Shown: positions 34,737 through 36,311 of the stretch, piece after piece | Layout: each line of letters opens with the position of its first letter | How positions within the stretch are numbered: position 1 is the stretch's first letter | Assembly: GCA_965371875.1 (NCBI GenBank) | Contig: CBDVAD010000002.1 | Span: forward strand, 1 to 36,311 | Reading direction: 5' to 3' | Length of the DNA stretch: 36,311 bases | Origin: an uncultured bacterium | GTDB taxonomy: Bacteria > Spirochaetota > Spirochaetia > B11-G9 | Program-made: the position numbers and the translations under genes | Notes under the pieces: generated by a model | What the model saw: the letters and a program-made list of their open reading frames with translations, nothing else | What the model was told of the DNA's origin: nothing | Database searches by the model: none

Positions 34737-35009
34737 CTATTGCTTCACAATGACTCTGCGCCATCTTTTATCTCTTAGGGTTGTAATTACCAGGACATCT
34801 TCAAGAGGATACTGGTAGATTCTTACTGAATCGTATGCATCTGTTCTTCTATCAATATCTCTTTTTAATCTGGATAATTCCTTTTCCATTATTGTAGTCG
34901 ATTCATACAATATTTCAAAGACCTGCTTAAATCCATACTCCATCAGAAGATGCTTAACTGCAATTTTATGATCATCATTCGAAATTTCACAGACAACTGA
35001 TACAAACAT
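34737..35009 (-). CDS. Small Cas2-like (ferredoxin-fold) protein, solitary
   Basis: 90 aa. The pattern is beta1 MFVSVVCEIS, helix HKIAVKHLLMEYG, beta2 FKQVFEILYES, helix EKELSRLKRDIDRR, then DSVRIYQYP. This parallels the Cas2 pattern (MxVxVxYDIS...VxKxLxxYG.RVQxSVFEC...L...DSxRIYxL). No SD is obvious. Confidence 0.45.
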   Translation of the reverse strand: MFVSVVCEISNDDHKIAVKHLLMEYGFKQVFEILYESTTIMEKELSRLKRDIDRRTDAYDSVRIYQYPLEDVLVITTLRDKRWRRVIVKQ

Positions 35010-35096
35010 AGGTATATAATATTAAGAACTTATTTTTCTGTCAAACCCCTAATTCAGCTATTGAAGTTAATACATTTTACCGATATTTTTACTGTA

Positions 35097-36311
35097 ATGA
35101 AAAAAATATATCTATTATTGTTGTTTCTATTAACTATATTAAACATTGGACACACAGATGAGCTTCAAAACCCTTTTATATCAAAGCTTAAAAGTACAGC
35201 AGAAGAAAATCTTATTCGTCTATCATGGATTGATTCATCGGATGCTGTGCACAAATACATTATTTACCGACATAATACAGAAATAAATAATGACAACTTT
35301 GAGAGTGCAGAACTTATTGGTGAAACAAACAAAGGAAATGAGTATTTTATAGATTATCCACCAACTACAAATAAATACTATTATGCAGTACTTTCATTGG
35401 ATTCTGCAGGTAAAAAATATAATCTGTTTATTCCACATAAAAATATAACTTCTATACCTGTTAGTGTTGTGTCTCTTGCCTCTCCGGAAACACTTGCAGT
35501 TATAATCTCTGATATAAAAGCAACTATAAATGGAAATATAATTGAGATTGGTTTTAACAGTTCAGGAACAAACAGAGATCTCGTTATTTATAGAAGTACC
35601 AGCCCTATACTTGAATATCAGGATCTGATAAAAGCCTCTTTGATTAAAACAATACAATCTTCCAATGAAAACTATACTGATCGTCCTATACCAGGTATTC
35701 CATATTATTATGCAATTATGGATTCAGAGCTTACAAAATCAGGCAGATATGTATTTAATCCAGGAGAAAATCTAACAGAATACAGTGTACTTGTAAAATC
35801 AGGAGTTTCAACCAAAGTTCTTGAGTCAAGAGAAACTCTAAGAAATCAACCACTTCCATATTTGGAACTTACTTCAAGTATAGATACAGGAGAAATACTT
35901 TCACGAAGTTCCTCAGAACTACCTGTCAAGTACAATTTGACCTTTGAATCTACTACAGTAGTCAATGATATTCTGATCGATTTTTACACAGAAGAAAAAG
36001 AGATCCTTAAACCTGTAATACTCCCGGAAGATATTGAGATATCTGAAAACAGTGAAGAATATCAGCTGAAAAGAATACTTGAAAGTGATTTTAAAGATCA
36101 AAACTGGATAACTGCCTATAAACTTATTTCTAATCTGTTAAGTGTGCATCACTCCGAATATATAGAACTAAGGGCACATTTTTACAGAGGTCAGATACTA
36201 TATTTTCAGAAACAATACAGAGAATCCTTTATGGAATTTATCCTGGTAGGAAAAGAACTTGAGCGAGAGACAAAACCATGGTTAAACGAGCTTCTAACAA
36301 TACTTCACAGT
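35097..36311 (+). CDS. Secreted repeat protein, C-terminus cut by window edge (signal peptide, two FN3-like modules, helical/TPR-like tail)
   Basis: ATG at 35097. My translation gives MKKIYLLLLFLLTILNIGHTDELQNPF.... It is open for 405 codons to the window end. There are two modules with the W/F...Y.IYR...YYYA(V/I) pattern. It is absent from the ORF track because no stop lies inside the window. Confidence 0.65.
   Translation, partial: MKKIYLLLLFLLTILNIGHTDELQNPFISKLKSTAEENLIRLSWIDSSDAVHKYIIYRHNTEINNDNFESAELIGETNKGNEYFIDYPPTTNKYYYAVLSLDSAGKKYNLFIPHKNITSIPVSVVSLASPETLAVIISDIKATINGNIIEIGFNSSGTNRDLVIYRSTSPILEYQDLIKASLIKTIQSSNENYTDRPIPGIPYYYAIMDSELTKSGRYVFNPGENLTEYSVLVKSGVSTKVLESRETLRNQPLPYLELTSSIDTGEILSRSSSELPVKYNLTFESTTVVNDILIDFYTEEKEILKPVILPEDIEISENSEEYQLKRILESDFKDQNWITAYKLISNLLSVHHSEYIELRAHFYRGQILYFQKQYRESFMEFILVGKELERETKPWLNELLTILHS

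Noticed and set aside
34706-35096. CRISPR array or leader next to the Cas2-like ORF
   Set aside because: I looked for regularly spaced direct repeats here and through the rest of the window and saw none. The flanking intergenic regions are only 31 and 87 nt.
35919-36101. Minus-strand 60-aa ORF
   Set aside because: It is antisense within the long plus-strand secreted-protein ORF that is open from 35097 to the window end.

Overview
AT-rich (about two-thirds A+T by eye) chromosomal segment from a diderm bacterium. It is densely packed, with about 38 protein-coding genes, two tRNAs and very short or overlapping intergenic junctions. The gene content (LolCDE, envelope proteins with FlgD-Ig-like, PEGA and FN3-like modules, CheY, paired DUF115/Maf-like genes) suggests a spirochaete-like organism, but I cannot confirm taxonomy without a database search.

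Most of the window is housekeeping:
- map, aroH-type chorismate mutase, tsaC, thiamine pyrophosphokinase, RNase Z, ftsY
- prfB, whose canonical programmed +1 frameshift is directly visible
- lolC-lolD-lolE
- a Firmicute-style mcsA-mcsB-clpC arginine-phosphorylation/protease module
- tRNA-Thr and tRNA-Tyr

I see no rRNA, transposase, integrase, prophage genes or CRISPR array.

The parts least explained by known biology are:
1. A tightly coupled four-gene plus-strand cassette (13233-19542). It encodes a 710-aa hyper-acidic, probably disordered protein, a protein with a degenerate GGDEF-like C-terminus, and two tandem DUF115/MptE-like (Maf-like) paralogues. No sugar-biosynthesis or flagellin genes lie nearby.
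2. A second, membrane-anchored degenerate GGDEF-like protein just beyond that cassette.
3. A solitary 90-aa Cas2-like ORF next to prfB, with no cas1 and no array.
4. A promoter-like element placed so that an intrinsic terminator hairpin sits in the leader of the mcsA-mcsB-clpC operon.

All functional calls come from motif recognition in the supplied translations and from my own reading of the DNA. None has been checked by search, so family assignments for the non-housekeeping genes are hypotheses.
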